From contig CBDCRW010000005.1 in the NCBI GenBank assembly GCA_965221125.1, positions 640,001-704,000 of the forward strand: a stretch of DNA of 64,000 bases. Reading direction: 5' to 3'. This document shows positions 49,546 through 58,135 of this stretch, in pieces. Both the position numbers and the translations under genes were made by a program. Position 1 is the first letter of the stretch; each line of letters begins with the position of its first letter. This DNA comes from Alphaproteobacteria bacterium. GTDB taxonomy: Bacteria; Pseudomonadota; Alphaproteobacteria; UBA828. The notes beneath the pieces were generated by a model. That model did not search any database and was not told the origin of the DNA. It saw only the letters and a list, made by a program, of their open reading frames with translations.

Positions 49546-50280
49546 ATGATCGAAAGGCAAGCGGACCGAGGCCCATGCGAATCCGGCACTCACCGGACCT
49601 GGCTGGCAATCCCGCCGGTGGTGTTCGCCGGGTCGATCATCGCGATTCTGACAGCGGCCGGCATCGGTGCGCGCTACGGCGTTCGTGGCGATTTCGACGT
49701 CATTCATGCACTCCTGATGCTCTTCTTTTCGATCAACCTGTTGATATGCCACTGGGAGGTGTGCCTCTTCTTCAGGCGGGATTATGTCGAGAAGCGTGCC
49801 GAATACTGGCGTGAGCGCCGAGACGAAACAGGCCGGACATCGGCCGTCGAATTCCTCACCGGAAGGGTTCCGTTGACGCGAATATTGTCGTCGACGGTAT
49901 GGGCCGACGTCTGGGCTACCTATTCCCAGTTCGACGGTTCCTACGCCGACCGGCGCACGTACGGCTACAACGTGGATATCGCCAACGGCTTCGTAACGCC
50001 GGTGCCGACGCTGATCCTCTTCGCCGCCTTCACCGTCGATTTCCTGCCCGCCCTCGTCGCCGGCATCGTCGGGGCGATGCTGTTCTGGCAGCTGACCTAC
50101 GCGACCTCGGTCTATTGGGTCAGCTTTTTCGTGGCCAAGCGGCAAAGACGCATCGGCCGCAAGGATATGTACATCTACATCTGGGGACTGAATTGCCCGT
50201 GGGTGCTGTTCGCCCTGCTGGGCCTCTACGTCTCCATTCGCCTGATTCTTGACGGCAACTACAGCGTTCTCGGCCATTGA
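49546..50280 (+). CDS. Membrane protein, EBP/EXPERA-like (candidate sterol Delta8-Delta7 isomerase)
   Basis: About 5 TM segments; HWE, VWATYSQFDGSYAD and GLNCPW resemble EBP W.EY..DSRY and N..W; RBS gaggag. Confidence 0.55.
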   Translation: MIERQADRGPCESGTHRTWLAIPPVVFAGSIIAILTAAGIGARYGVRGDFDVIHALLMLFFSINLLICHWEVCLFFRRDYVEKRAEYWRERRDETGRTSAVEFLTGRVPLTRILSSTVWADVWATYSQFDGSYADRRTYGYNVDIANGFVTPVPTLILFAAFTVDFLPALVAGIVGAMLFWQLTYATSVYWVSFFVAKRQRRIGRKDMYIYIWGLNCPWVLFALLGLYVSIRLILDGNYSVLGH

Positions 50281-50430
50281 TCGCGGCTTCCCCCGGAACA
50301 ACGCCGATCGAGGGTAATCCTTCGGTCATAGAGTGATGGCATGTTGGGCGTTGACATCAACGACCGCGCCTGGAGACGCGCTCGGTAGGAATTGCTGGTA
50401 ACGAATTTCGCCATGCGCTAGCGTGAGTGC

Positions 50431-52716
50431 ATGGCGATTCGCGACGCGTCTGCCGCGGCACACCTCTCGCTGGTCGAGGGGTCTGACGGTCCATGGTCTT
50501 TTCCTCCTGATAATCCGTCCTCCGAAGAGCCGGACTGGCGATCCCTGTCCGAGCGGGCGCACGCCCGTGCGGAGAGCGAGGGGGCGCGGGCAGACGCGGC
50601 TGAAGCGCGCATCCAGGAACTGCTCGGCGATATCCGTCGGCTCCGCGCTTCTTTGCGCAAAACGGGAGCAGCCGGAAGTACGGGGGAGCCGCTGCCGAGG
50701 GGTGCCCGTGGAGCGCACAAAGCGCCGCGAAGATTGCGACGGAACGACACCATCGGCTCGCTGCATGTGGAGAACGCCGAACTGCGCGAGGAGGCCACAA
50801 CGCTGCGCAAGGCGGCGGGTGCGGCACAGACGTCGCTCTCCAGGAAAGACGCCCGGCTGCTCAAGGCCCGGGAACGTTCGCAGGCCCAAAGGAGCACGAT
50901 CGAGGAGCTGCGCCGGCAGGTCCGTTCCCTGGAAAGGCAGGTCGCCCGGCAGAGCCGCGACCTGGAGGAGGCGGAAAGCCGCAGGCAGACTATCCGTGAT
51001 CTCTCCCGCGAGAACGCGGAACTCCGTGGAGCACTCAGGGATTGGCGCGACCAGGAGGCCACCATCGAATGGTTCGACGGCCGCGTCAGCGAGCTGGAAT
51101 GTGCCCTGGACGAGGCCGCAGACGAGAGGCGGTGGATGGAGGCCGATCTTGCCGATCGCCCTCTGTTGCCCGTGGCCTTCGAACGACTGCGCACCCAGGA
51201 GAAGACGATCCAATCGCTCACCGAGAAGATCCAGTCCCTCTCCGAGAAAAACGAGCGGTTGCGGGCCCGGATCACGGACCTGGAGGCGACGGTTGCCAGG
51301 CACCGTGCGAGCAGGGCCGTGCTGTCCAAGGCACTGTTCGGCAGCAAGAGCGAGCAGCAGGAGAAGCCCAGCACGGGGCGCAAGCGCGGCCAGCAGCGCG
51401 GCGCTCCCGGCCACGGCCGTACCCCGCGGCCCGGGCTCGAGGAGCGCACCGACAAGCGCAACCCGCCCAAGGACGCGCGCGCGTGCTCCTGTTGCGGCAA
51501 GCCCTATGTCGCCAACGGCGAGCACGTCTCGACCATCATCGAGATCGAGGTCAAGGCCCACAAACGCAGGATCGTCCGCCCCCGCTGGCGCCGGGGTTGC
51601 GACTGCCCGTCCTCGCCCCTGGAAGTGACGGCGCCCCCGCCGCTGCGCCTGTTCCCCAGGACACCCTACGGAACCAGCGTGTGGGCGAGCTTCCTCTACG
51701 AGCGCTACGCCTCTCTGCGGCCCCTCAGCCAGGTCTCCGCGTGGCTGTCCGGCCTCGGTCTGCCGATCGCTGCCGGCACCCTCGCCGGCAGCGTGGAGCG
51801 CTTCATTCCTGTGTTCGAGCCCGTGGCGGACGCGATCCTCGCGCACCAGAACCAACAGGCGGTCCGTCACGGCGACGAGACCGGCTGGCGTATCCAGTCG
51901 CTGCGCGAGATCGGCCGCTCCAACCGCGCGTGGCTGTGGAACTCGGTCAGCGAGGATGCGGTCTACTTCCACTGCGACCCCTCGCGCTCGGCCGAGGCCG
52001 CGAAGACGTTGTTCGGCGATACCGCCGTCGTCGTGTTCGTGGTCTGCGACCGCCTCTCCAGCTACAAGAAGATGGCGCGCGACCTCGACGGCAAGGTGAT
52101 CCTCTGCTTCTGCTGGGTCCATCAACGGCGGGACTTCATCCAATGCGCGGCCAGCCACAATCGGCTGACGGACTGGTGCCAGAGTTGGATCGAGCGCATC
52201 GCCTCGATCTACAGCCTGAACAAGGCGCGGCTGCGGCATTACGACCCCGCTCTGGAGCGCCAGACGCCACAGTTCGACGCCGCACAGAGAGAGTTGGAGA
52301 AGGCCGTCGACAAGCTGTTCGCGGACGCAAAAGCGGAACTGGCCGGCCTGCCGGCCGGCTCGCGCGAGGCCAAGCCGCTGCGCTCGCTGCTCAACCACCG
52401 CGAGGGGTTGTGCGTCTTCGTCGACAACCCGCAGGTGCCCATGGACAATAACGCTGCCGAGCGGGCGTTCAGGAAAGCGGTCATAGGACGACGCCTCAGC
52501 TTCGGATCCGACAGCGAGGACGGCGCGAAGTTCACGGCAATCATGTACTCCGTCGTCGGCACCCTCGCCATGAACGGCATCGATGTCCGGCGCTGGCTGG
52601 AGGCATGGCTGAAGACCTGCGCGAAGAATGGCGGCAAACCGCCGGACGACTTGTCGCCCTGGCTGCCGTGGTCGATGAGCGAGAAGCGAAGGCGCAAGTT
52701 CACGGCGCCGGGATGA
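50431..52716 (+). CDS. IS66-family transposase with extended N-terminal coiled coil
   Basis: LFGSKSE, GAPGHGR, CSCCG zinc finger, HGDETGW, VCDRLSSY, CWVHQRRDF, DNNAAERAFR. Confidence 0.93.
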   Translation: MAIRDASAAAHLSLVEGSDGPWSFPPDNPSSEEPDWRSLSERAHARAESEGARADAAEARIQELLGDIRRLRASLRKTGAAGSTGEPLPRGARGAHKAPRRLRRNDTIGSLHVENAELREEATTLRKAAGAAQTSLSRKDARLLKARERSQAQRSTIEELRRQVRSLERQVARQSRDLEEAESRRQTIRDLSRENAELRGALRDWRDQEATIEWFDGRVSELECALDEAADERRWMEADLADRPLLPVAFERLRTQEKTIQSLTEKIQSLSEKNERLRARITDLEATVARHRASRAVLSKALFGSKSEQQEKPSTGRKRGQQRGAPGHGRTPRPGLEERTDKRNPPKDARACSCCGKPYVANGEHVSTIIEIEVKAHKRRIVRPRWRRGCDCPSSPLEVTAPPPLRLFPRTPYGTSVWASFLYERYASLRPLSQVSAWLSGLGLPIAAGTLAGSVERFIPVFEPVADAILAHQNQQAVRHGDETGWRIQSLREIGRSNRAWLWNSVSEDAVYFHCDPSRSAEAAKTLFGDTAVVVFVVCDRLSSYKKMARDLDGKVILCFCWVHQRRDFIQCAASHNRLTDWCQSWIERIASIYSLNKARLRHYDPALERQTPQFDAAQRELEKAVDKLFADAKAELAGLPAGSREAKPLRSLLNHREGLCVFVDNPQVPMDNNAAERAFRKAVIGRRLSFGSDSEDGAKFTAIMYSVVGTLAMNGIDVRRWLEAWLKTCAKNGGKPPDDLSPWLPWSMSEKRRRKFTAPG

Positions 52717-53594
52717 CCGGCGCCATCGAGTGCCGCTACTACGGGCGCGACTTCACTTCGGAAGAGATGGCGCTGCTGCGCGCGCTCATCGCCGCCGACC
52801 CGCCCCTCAACCGCCATGCCCTGTCCAAGGAGTTCTGCCGGCGCATCGGCTGGGTCAAGCCTGACGGCGGGCTCAAGGACATGATGGCCAGGGTCACCAT
52901 GCTGGCCATGCACAAGGACGGTCTGATCACCCTGCCGCCGCCGAGATGGAAACCGGGTCCGCCAAAGCCCATCGTCTTCGGGCCTGACACCGAGCCGCCG
53001 CTCTTCCCCGCCCCCACTACCCTCGATGACGTTCGCCCGCTCGAGATGCGCACCGTCGTGCGCAACACCCGGGAGGGCAAGCTCTGGAACGAGTTCGTCG
53101 CCCGCTACCACTACCTCGGCTTCAAGACCCTGGTCGGTGCCCAGATGCGCTACGCCGTCCACGGCCGCGACGGCTGGCCGCTCGCCATGCTCGGCTTCTC
53201 CACCGCCGCCTGGAAGCTCGCGCCGCGCGACAGCTTCATCGGGTGGACGCCCGAGAAGCGCGAGAAAAACCTGCCGCTGGTGGTCGACAACCCGCGTTTC
53301 CTCATCCTGCCCTGGATCAAGATCCCAAACCTCGGCTCGCACATCCTCGCCATCGTCCGCCGCCGCCTGCCCGAGGATTGGATCGAGCGCTACAACACCA
53401 CGCCCGTGCTCGTCGAGACCTTCGTCCAGAGGCCGCCCTACACCGGCGCCGTCTACAGGGCCTCGGGATGGATCCATGTCGGAACCACACAGGGGCGCGG
53501 CCGCTATGACAGATACTCCCAAAGGGCCCTGCCGCAGAAAGACATCTGGCTCCGGCCCCTCCGAAAAGACTGGAAACGAGCACTCAACCGATGA
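52713..53594 (+). CDS. DUF4338 (DruA-like) domain protein
   Basis: RYYGRDF, RYHYLG, RDSFIGW, DNPRFLILPW, NLGSHIL, VETFV, GAVYRASGW; ATGA overlap with transposase. Confidence 0.85.
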   Translation: MTGAIECRYYGRDFTSEEMALLRALIAADPPLNRHALSKEFCRRIGWVKPDGGLKDMMARVTMLAMHKDGLITLPPPRWKPGPPKPIVFGPDTEPPLFPAPTTLDDVRPLEMRTVVRNTREGKLWNEFVARYHYLGFKTLVGAQMRYAVHGRDGWPLAMLGFSTAAWKLAPRDSFIGWTPEKREKNLPLVVDNPRFLILPWIKIPNLGSHILAIVRRRLPEDWIERYNTTPVLVETFVQRPPYTGAVYRASGWIHVGTTQGRGRYDRYSQRALPQKDIWLRPLRKDWKRALNR

Positions 53595-53808
53595 CATCTC
53601 GGTCCTCATCACGCACCATCACCCGGTGACCGAAGGGATTCGATCGAGGCGACCGGCCTCGTCATGCCTTCAGCTCGTTCAGCCGCTCGAACGGCCATGG
53701 CGCAAGCCCTGACCTTGGCGAGAAATGCGGTCTAACACCCTGTATTACAATCCTTATTCAGGAGGACCCTGCAACGCTGTGCCACAGTCCGATCGCTTGT
53801 GGTCACGG

Positions 53809-55011
53809 TTAACTGCTGCCCACCATGGCGATCGCGTAGATTTCGTGCAGGTAGCCTTCGAGGTAGAGGCCGGTGCAGCCGATCGGCGTCCAGGCGGGGC
53901 CGCGGCCGGGCCGGAACAGCTCCTGGCCCACGCCCATCACGGTCTCCCAGGCTCGCGGGTCCTTGTGGAAGGAGACGATCTCGACGATGTCGTCGAGGCT
54001 AGCGCCGTGCTTTTCCAGCACGCCCCGGATCTGGCTGAAGCAGTAGTGCGCCTGGGAGGCGACGTCGCCGCGCGCGATGATGTTCTGCTGCCCGTCCGAA
54101 GCGACCTGGCCGGAGATGCCGATGAGCCGCCCGCTCTGCTTGCGGCTTGCGCCGGAGATGCGCTGGTCGTGCCAGTGGATGCTCGGCAGGTTGTGCGCGA
54201 CGCGGGGGCCGGCGCTGAAGTCCGCGATGGCGCGGTAGCAGCCGACCTGGCCCATGCGGTGGAGGCCGGTCATGCCGATCGCGGTGTACGACGTGGCCTC
54301 GCCGATGGGGAGCCCTTCGACCGTCTCGTTGCACCAGGTATCGACCGCGGCGTCCATCCCGCGGGCGTCGTGATTGAAGCAGATCATGTCGACGATGTCG
54401 TCGAGCGAGCCGCCCGCCGCCCGCATCACGTCCTTGAGCCGGTCGTAGCAGAAGCGCGCCTGCGCCATGTGGTCGGCGGGCGCGACCACCGAGCCTCCGT
54501 CGTCAGCGGCGACGATGCCGCTGGTGAAGAGGTAGTCGCCCTTGCGGCAGGCGGCCGAGACCGGCAGCCCCTCCATCCAGCCGAAGCCGGCGGGCGTCAC
54601 CCCCTGTTTCTCGCCGGCGCCCGCGTGGGCGACCACGCGGACCACGACCTCGAGGCCCGGATCGTGGCCGCCCACCATGCCGAGCGCGGTCCAGGCCGGA
54701 TAGGGCGCGGAGAACGCCTCGCGCCCGGCGGCGAAGGCGGCATCCATGGTGCGGGGGTCCTTGTGGAAGGTCATCACGTCGAGCACGTCGTCCATGCCCG
54801 CACCCGCCGCCTCCAGCACGCTGCGCACGCGGGCGAAGGCGTTCCGCGCCTGCGCCGCCGCATCGCCCGCGTCGATCACCCGGCCGTCGTCGGAGACGCT
54901 CGCCTGGCCTGAGAGGAACACGAGATCGCCCGCCCTGACCGCCGCCGAGGCCGGGCGGCCGCTCATCCAGGCTTCGCTCGCGGGCGTGAGGTGAGTGCGA
55001 TCGTCGGCCAT
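53809..55011 (-). CDS. Protein with three tandem Rid (YjgF/UK114) domains
   Basis: Three repeats: VFLSGQ..PAWTALG; LFTSGI..TSYTAIG; IGISGQ..PAWTPIG, each about 130 aa. Confidence 0.85.
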   Translation of the reverse strand: MADDRTHLTPASEAWMSGRPASAAVRAGDLVFLSGQASVSDDGRVIDAGDAAAQARNAFARVRSVLEAAGAGMDDVLDVMTFHKDPRTMDAAFAAGREAFSAPYPAWTALGMVGGHDPGLEVVVRVVAHAGAGEKQGVTPAGFGWMEGLPVSAACRKGDYLFTSGIVAADDGGSVVAPADHMAQARFCYDRLKDVMRAAGGSLDDIVDMICFNHDARGMDAAVDTWCNETVEGLPIGEATSYTAIGMTGLHRMGQVGCYRAIADFSAGPRVAHNLPSIHWHDQRISGASRKQSGRLIGISGQVASDGQQNIIARGDVASQAHYCFSQIRGVLEKHGASLDDIVEIVSFHKDPRAWETVMGVGQELFRPGRGPAWTPIGCTGLYLEGYLHEIYAIAMVGSS

Positions 55012-55033
55012 CCTTGGGTCCTCCTCTGGGCGG

Positions 55034-56755
55034 CTACGGGCGCCGGACCACCGGCAGGTCGATGAACGACGGGCGGGCGCCGTCGTGGAACACGGTCTGA
55101 TGCGCGGGCTCAAGGTCGAAGGCGTGCTCGCTGCCGATCGGCCCGCCGGTATTCGGGTTGCGGTCGAAGGCCGGGAAGTTGCTGCTCGAGACCTCGACCC
55201 GGACGCGGTGGCCCGCGCGGAAGAGGTGGCAGATCACGCCCACGTCGATGTCGAATTCGTAGACCCGGTGGGGCTCCAGCGGCACCTCGGCCTCGCGGCT
55301 CTCGCGGAAGCGGCCGCGGATCACGCCCTCGAACAGGTTGATCGCGCGCCCGTCCGGCTCCACGTCGCAGAGCTTCACCGTGAAGTCGGTGTCGGCGGCG
55401 CTGGTCGCCGCATTCAGCCGCGCCTTGACGAAGCCCGCGGCGAAACAGGGCGCCTCCAGCGGCGCGGACGTGTAGACCAGCACGTCGTTCCGGTACTCCA
55501 CCGGCCGCTGGTCCATCGGCCCCATGGGCGCCACCTGCGGCAGGCAGCAGGAGTGGCCGCCCAGGCTCGGCACGGGATCGAAGGGGTTGTAGATGAAGAA
55601 ATCCGGCGGCTCGTCGCCGGGAGCCTCGCGGTCGAGGGCGCCGTCCCCGCTCAGCGAGTTCGCGCGGCCGCCGCTATGGAGATACCAGCGCTCGGAGCCC
55701 GCGCCGGCGAGAGGCCACGCGTCGGCATCGTGCCAGCGGTTCTCGCCGGTGACGAAGACGCGCACCGGCGGGAGCGCGTCCAGCGCGGTCCGGTCGTCCT
55801 TCAGCCAGGCATCGAACCAGGCGCGCTCGTAGACGCTGACGGCGTTCTTCGCCTCGTCGCCGAAATCGATGGCGCCCACCTGCTGCGTCCACGGAATGTG
55901 ATACCAGGGGCCGACCAACAGCCGGTGCTCGGCCTGGCCGGCAGCGCTCAGCGTCTCGTAGGCCGCGATGGTCTGGGGGATGAAGCTGTCGTACCAGCCG
56001 CTCACGTGGAAGCAGGGCACGTCGATCTGCCCTAGCCGGGGCGCGATCTCCCATTCCTCCCAATAGGCGCCCTGGGCCGGGTGGTCCACGTAGTCCTTGA
56101 GGAAGGGGAGCAGGTCCGGCGTCTCGAGGAAGGGGATATCCCGGAGCGAGAGCGCCGCCGGCCACTTGCCGCAGGCCGCCTGCGCCGCGCCGATGGCGCC
56201 GAGGACCTCCCTGTCGCCCCGCCGCTTCGCCGCGTCGCCCGCGAGAATGAGCGCCCAGTCCATCACCGCCGCGAGCCCGAAGGTGCCCCCCACGTGGCTG
56301 AAGCCCTCGTACATGCCGCCCGGATAGAAGCCGGGCACGGCGGCAGCGAGGTGCGGGGGCTTGAGCGCGGCGGCGAGCAGCTGGTTCACGCCGGGGATGG
56401 AGAAGCCGAAACTGCCCACCCGGCCGTTGCACCAGGGCTGGGTCGCGCACCACTCGATGGTGTCGTAGCCGTCCTCGGCATCGAGGCGAAGGGGGTAGAA
56501 TTCGCCCTCGGAAGCGAAGCGGCCGCGCGTGTCCTCGATCACCACGGCGTAGCCGTGGCGCGCATAGACCGCCGGGTGGTCGTAGACGTAGGTCTGCGCC
56601 ACGCGCTTGTCGTAGGGCTGGCGCTGCACCAGGGCGGGGACGGGGCCGCCCGAGGCCGGCCGGTAGACGTCGCAGGCGAGGTGCACGCCGTCCCGCATCC
56701 TCACCATGACGTCGGTCTCGACCACGATGCCGGCAGCGTCGCGCGCGTCCGTCAT
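55034..56755 (-). CDS. CocE/NonD family hydrolase
   Basis: MRDGVHLACDVYRP, DTRGRFASEG, GSFGFSIPG nucleophile elbow, GWYD, GPWYH, SSSNFP.FDRN. Confidence 0.92.
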   Translation of the reverse strand: MTDARDAAGIVVETDVMVRMRDGVHLACDVYRPASGGPVPALVQRQPYDKRVAQTYVYDHPAVYARHGYAVVIEDTRGRFASEGEFYPLRLDAEDGYDTIEWCATQPWCNGRVGSFGFSIPGVNQLLAAALKPPHLAAAVPGFYPGGMYEGFSHVGGTFGLAAVMDWALILAGDAAKRRGDREVLGAIGAAQAACGKWPAALSLRDIPFLETPDLLPFLKDYVDHPAQGAYWEEWEIAPRLGQIDVPCFHVSGWYDSFIPQTIAAYETLSAAGQAEHRLLVGPWYHIPWTQQVGAIDFGDEAKNAVSVYERAWFDAWLKDDRTALDALPPVRVFVTGENRWHDADAWPLAGAGSERWYLHSGGRANSLSGDGALDREAPGDEPPDFFIYNPFDPVPSLGGHSCCLPQVAPMGPMDQRPVEYRNDVLVYTSAPLEAPCFAAGFVKARLNAATSAADTDFTVKLCDVEPDGRAINLFEGVIRGRFRESREAEVPLEPHRVYEFDIDVGVICHLFRAGHRVRVEVSSSNFPAFDRNPNTGGPIGSEHAFDLEPAHQTVFHDGARPSFIDLPVVRRP

Positions 56756-56894
56756 GTTCGCCCCTCCCCGGTCGGTGCCGGAGCCTAGCCCGGTCGAAGT
56801 GGGGCGGCAATTGACTCGTCCCGGCTGCGGGCGGCACACTCCGAAGATGAGGATCAACCGCTGTCGGAACACAGCGAACAAGGGAGGGAGACAG

Positions 56895-58034
56895 GTGAGG
56901 ATCAGGGCAACCAAGGGCCTCGTCCGCTGGGCGATGGCCGCCGGCGTGGCGGTAGCGCTCGCCGCCGGCGTGACGGCTGAGAAGGCCGAGGCAAAAACCG
57001 AGGACGGCAAGTTCCTCGTCTATTACAGCATGAGCTATGTCGGCAACGCCTGGCAGACGGAAGCGAGAAACACCGTCATCGCCATGGCCAAGGCGCCGCA
57101 GTATCGCGACCGCGTCGAGCTCAGGGTTCAGGCTTCGGGCCCCGACGCGCAGAAGCAGATCCAGCAGATGAACGCGATGATCGCGGCCGGCGCGGATGCC
57201 ATCGTGGCCTTCCCGATCTCGCCGACGGCGCTCAACAAGGTCATCAGGAACGCGTGCAAGAGGGGCGTGGTCGTGGCCGTGATCAACGGCGTGACCGAGC
57301 CCTGTGCCTATGTTGTGAAGATCGACGGCGTCGCACTCGGCGACTACCGCACCCAGTACGTGATCGACCAGATGGGCGGCAAGGGCAACATCGTCGCGAT
57401 CACCGGCGTGCCCGGCGTCTCCTACGGCGAGGACCACCACAAGGGCTTCAAGCAGGCCGTGGCCCGGCACCCCGAGGTCAACGTGCTGGCCGAGCTGGTT
57501 GGCATGTGGAGCCACTCCGAGGCCCGCCTCAAGATGCGCGAGCTGCTCGCCACCCACAGCTGGGCGGACATCGACGGCATCGTGGCGCAGACCGGCTGCT
57601 ACACGGTCTCGCAGATGCAGGTGGAGGACGGCTGGTGGCCGGACAACCCGATCATCCCGTGCGCGGGCGAGTCGGCCAACGGCAACCGGCTGCAGATGCT
57701 GCCTGTCGATTCCGGGATCGAGGGCGCGCTCGGCAAGAAGGGCCAGTCCATCGGCTCCGGCCTCTGGGCCGTCTCCTACACCTTCAAGACGGCGATGGAG
57801 GTTCTCGACGGCAACGAGGACGTGCCACACCTCAGGTGGTACACCGGCGTCGAGGTCACGCAGGACAACGTGAAGCTCTGCGAGAACGGCACGGCGGAGG
57901 AGTTCGCCGCGGGCTGCAACACCATCAAGCCCGGCATCGTGCCGCCCGACTATGCCATCGACTTCTGGTCGCCCCAGGTGCCGGAGCTCGGCTTCCGCGC
58001 GGCCACCGAAGGGAAGCTGGACGACGAGTCCTGA
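56895..58034 (+). CDS. Sugar-type ABC transporter substrate-binding protein
   Basis: Signal peptide, SYVGNAWQ, QIQQMNAMIAAGADAI (RbsB-like); RBS ggaggga. Confidence 0.87.
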   Translation: MRIRATKGLVRWAMAAGVAVALAAGVTAEKAEAKTEDGKFLVYYSMSYVGNAWQTEARNTVIAMAKAPQYRDRVELRVQASGPDAQKQIQQMNAMIAAGADAIVAFPISPTALNKVIRNACKRGVVVAVINGVTEPCAYVVKIDGVALGDYRTQYVIDQMGGKGNIVAITGVPGVSYGEDHHKGFKQAVARHPEVNVLAELVGMWSHSEARLKMRELLATHSWADIDGIVAQTGCYTVSQMQVEDGWWPDNPIIPCAGESANGNRLQMLPVDSGIEGALGKKGQSIGSGLWAVSYTFKTAMEVLDGNEDVPHLRWYTGVEVTQDNVKLCENGTAEEFAAGCNTIKPGIVPPDYAIDFWSPQVPELGFRAATEGKLDDES

Positions 58035-58135
58035 GGGATCGGCGGCTCGTCCGCCATGATCCCTGACGACCGTAGCGCCGGGGCCGGCCGCGTACTTGGC
58101 ACGGCCCCGGCGCGCTTTCCTCCGCGCGGGCACGC

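Larger units (their letters stand above)
50314..53641 (+). mobile_element. IS66-like element with DUF4338 passenger, 8-bp target duplication
   Basis: Left end GTAATCCTTCGGTCA, right end TGACCGAAGGGATTC; direct repeat GATCGAGG at 50306-50313 and 53642-53649. Confidence 0.9.

Noticed and set aside
40116-50280. Eukaryotic contamination
   Set aside because: No introns, overlapping stop/start codons, Shine-Dalgarno sites, bacterial IS elements and a bacterial-type Rieske/SDR pair
17330-53594. Druantia defence system
   Set aside because: Both DUF4338 domains lie within IS boundaries and no DruE helicase or other dru genes are present
38427-53641. Composite transposon mobilising the sterol cluster between IS256 and IS66
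   Set aside because: The two IS belong to different families and each has its own target duplication, so they are independent insertions
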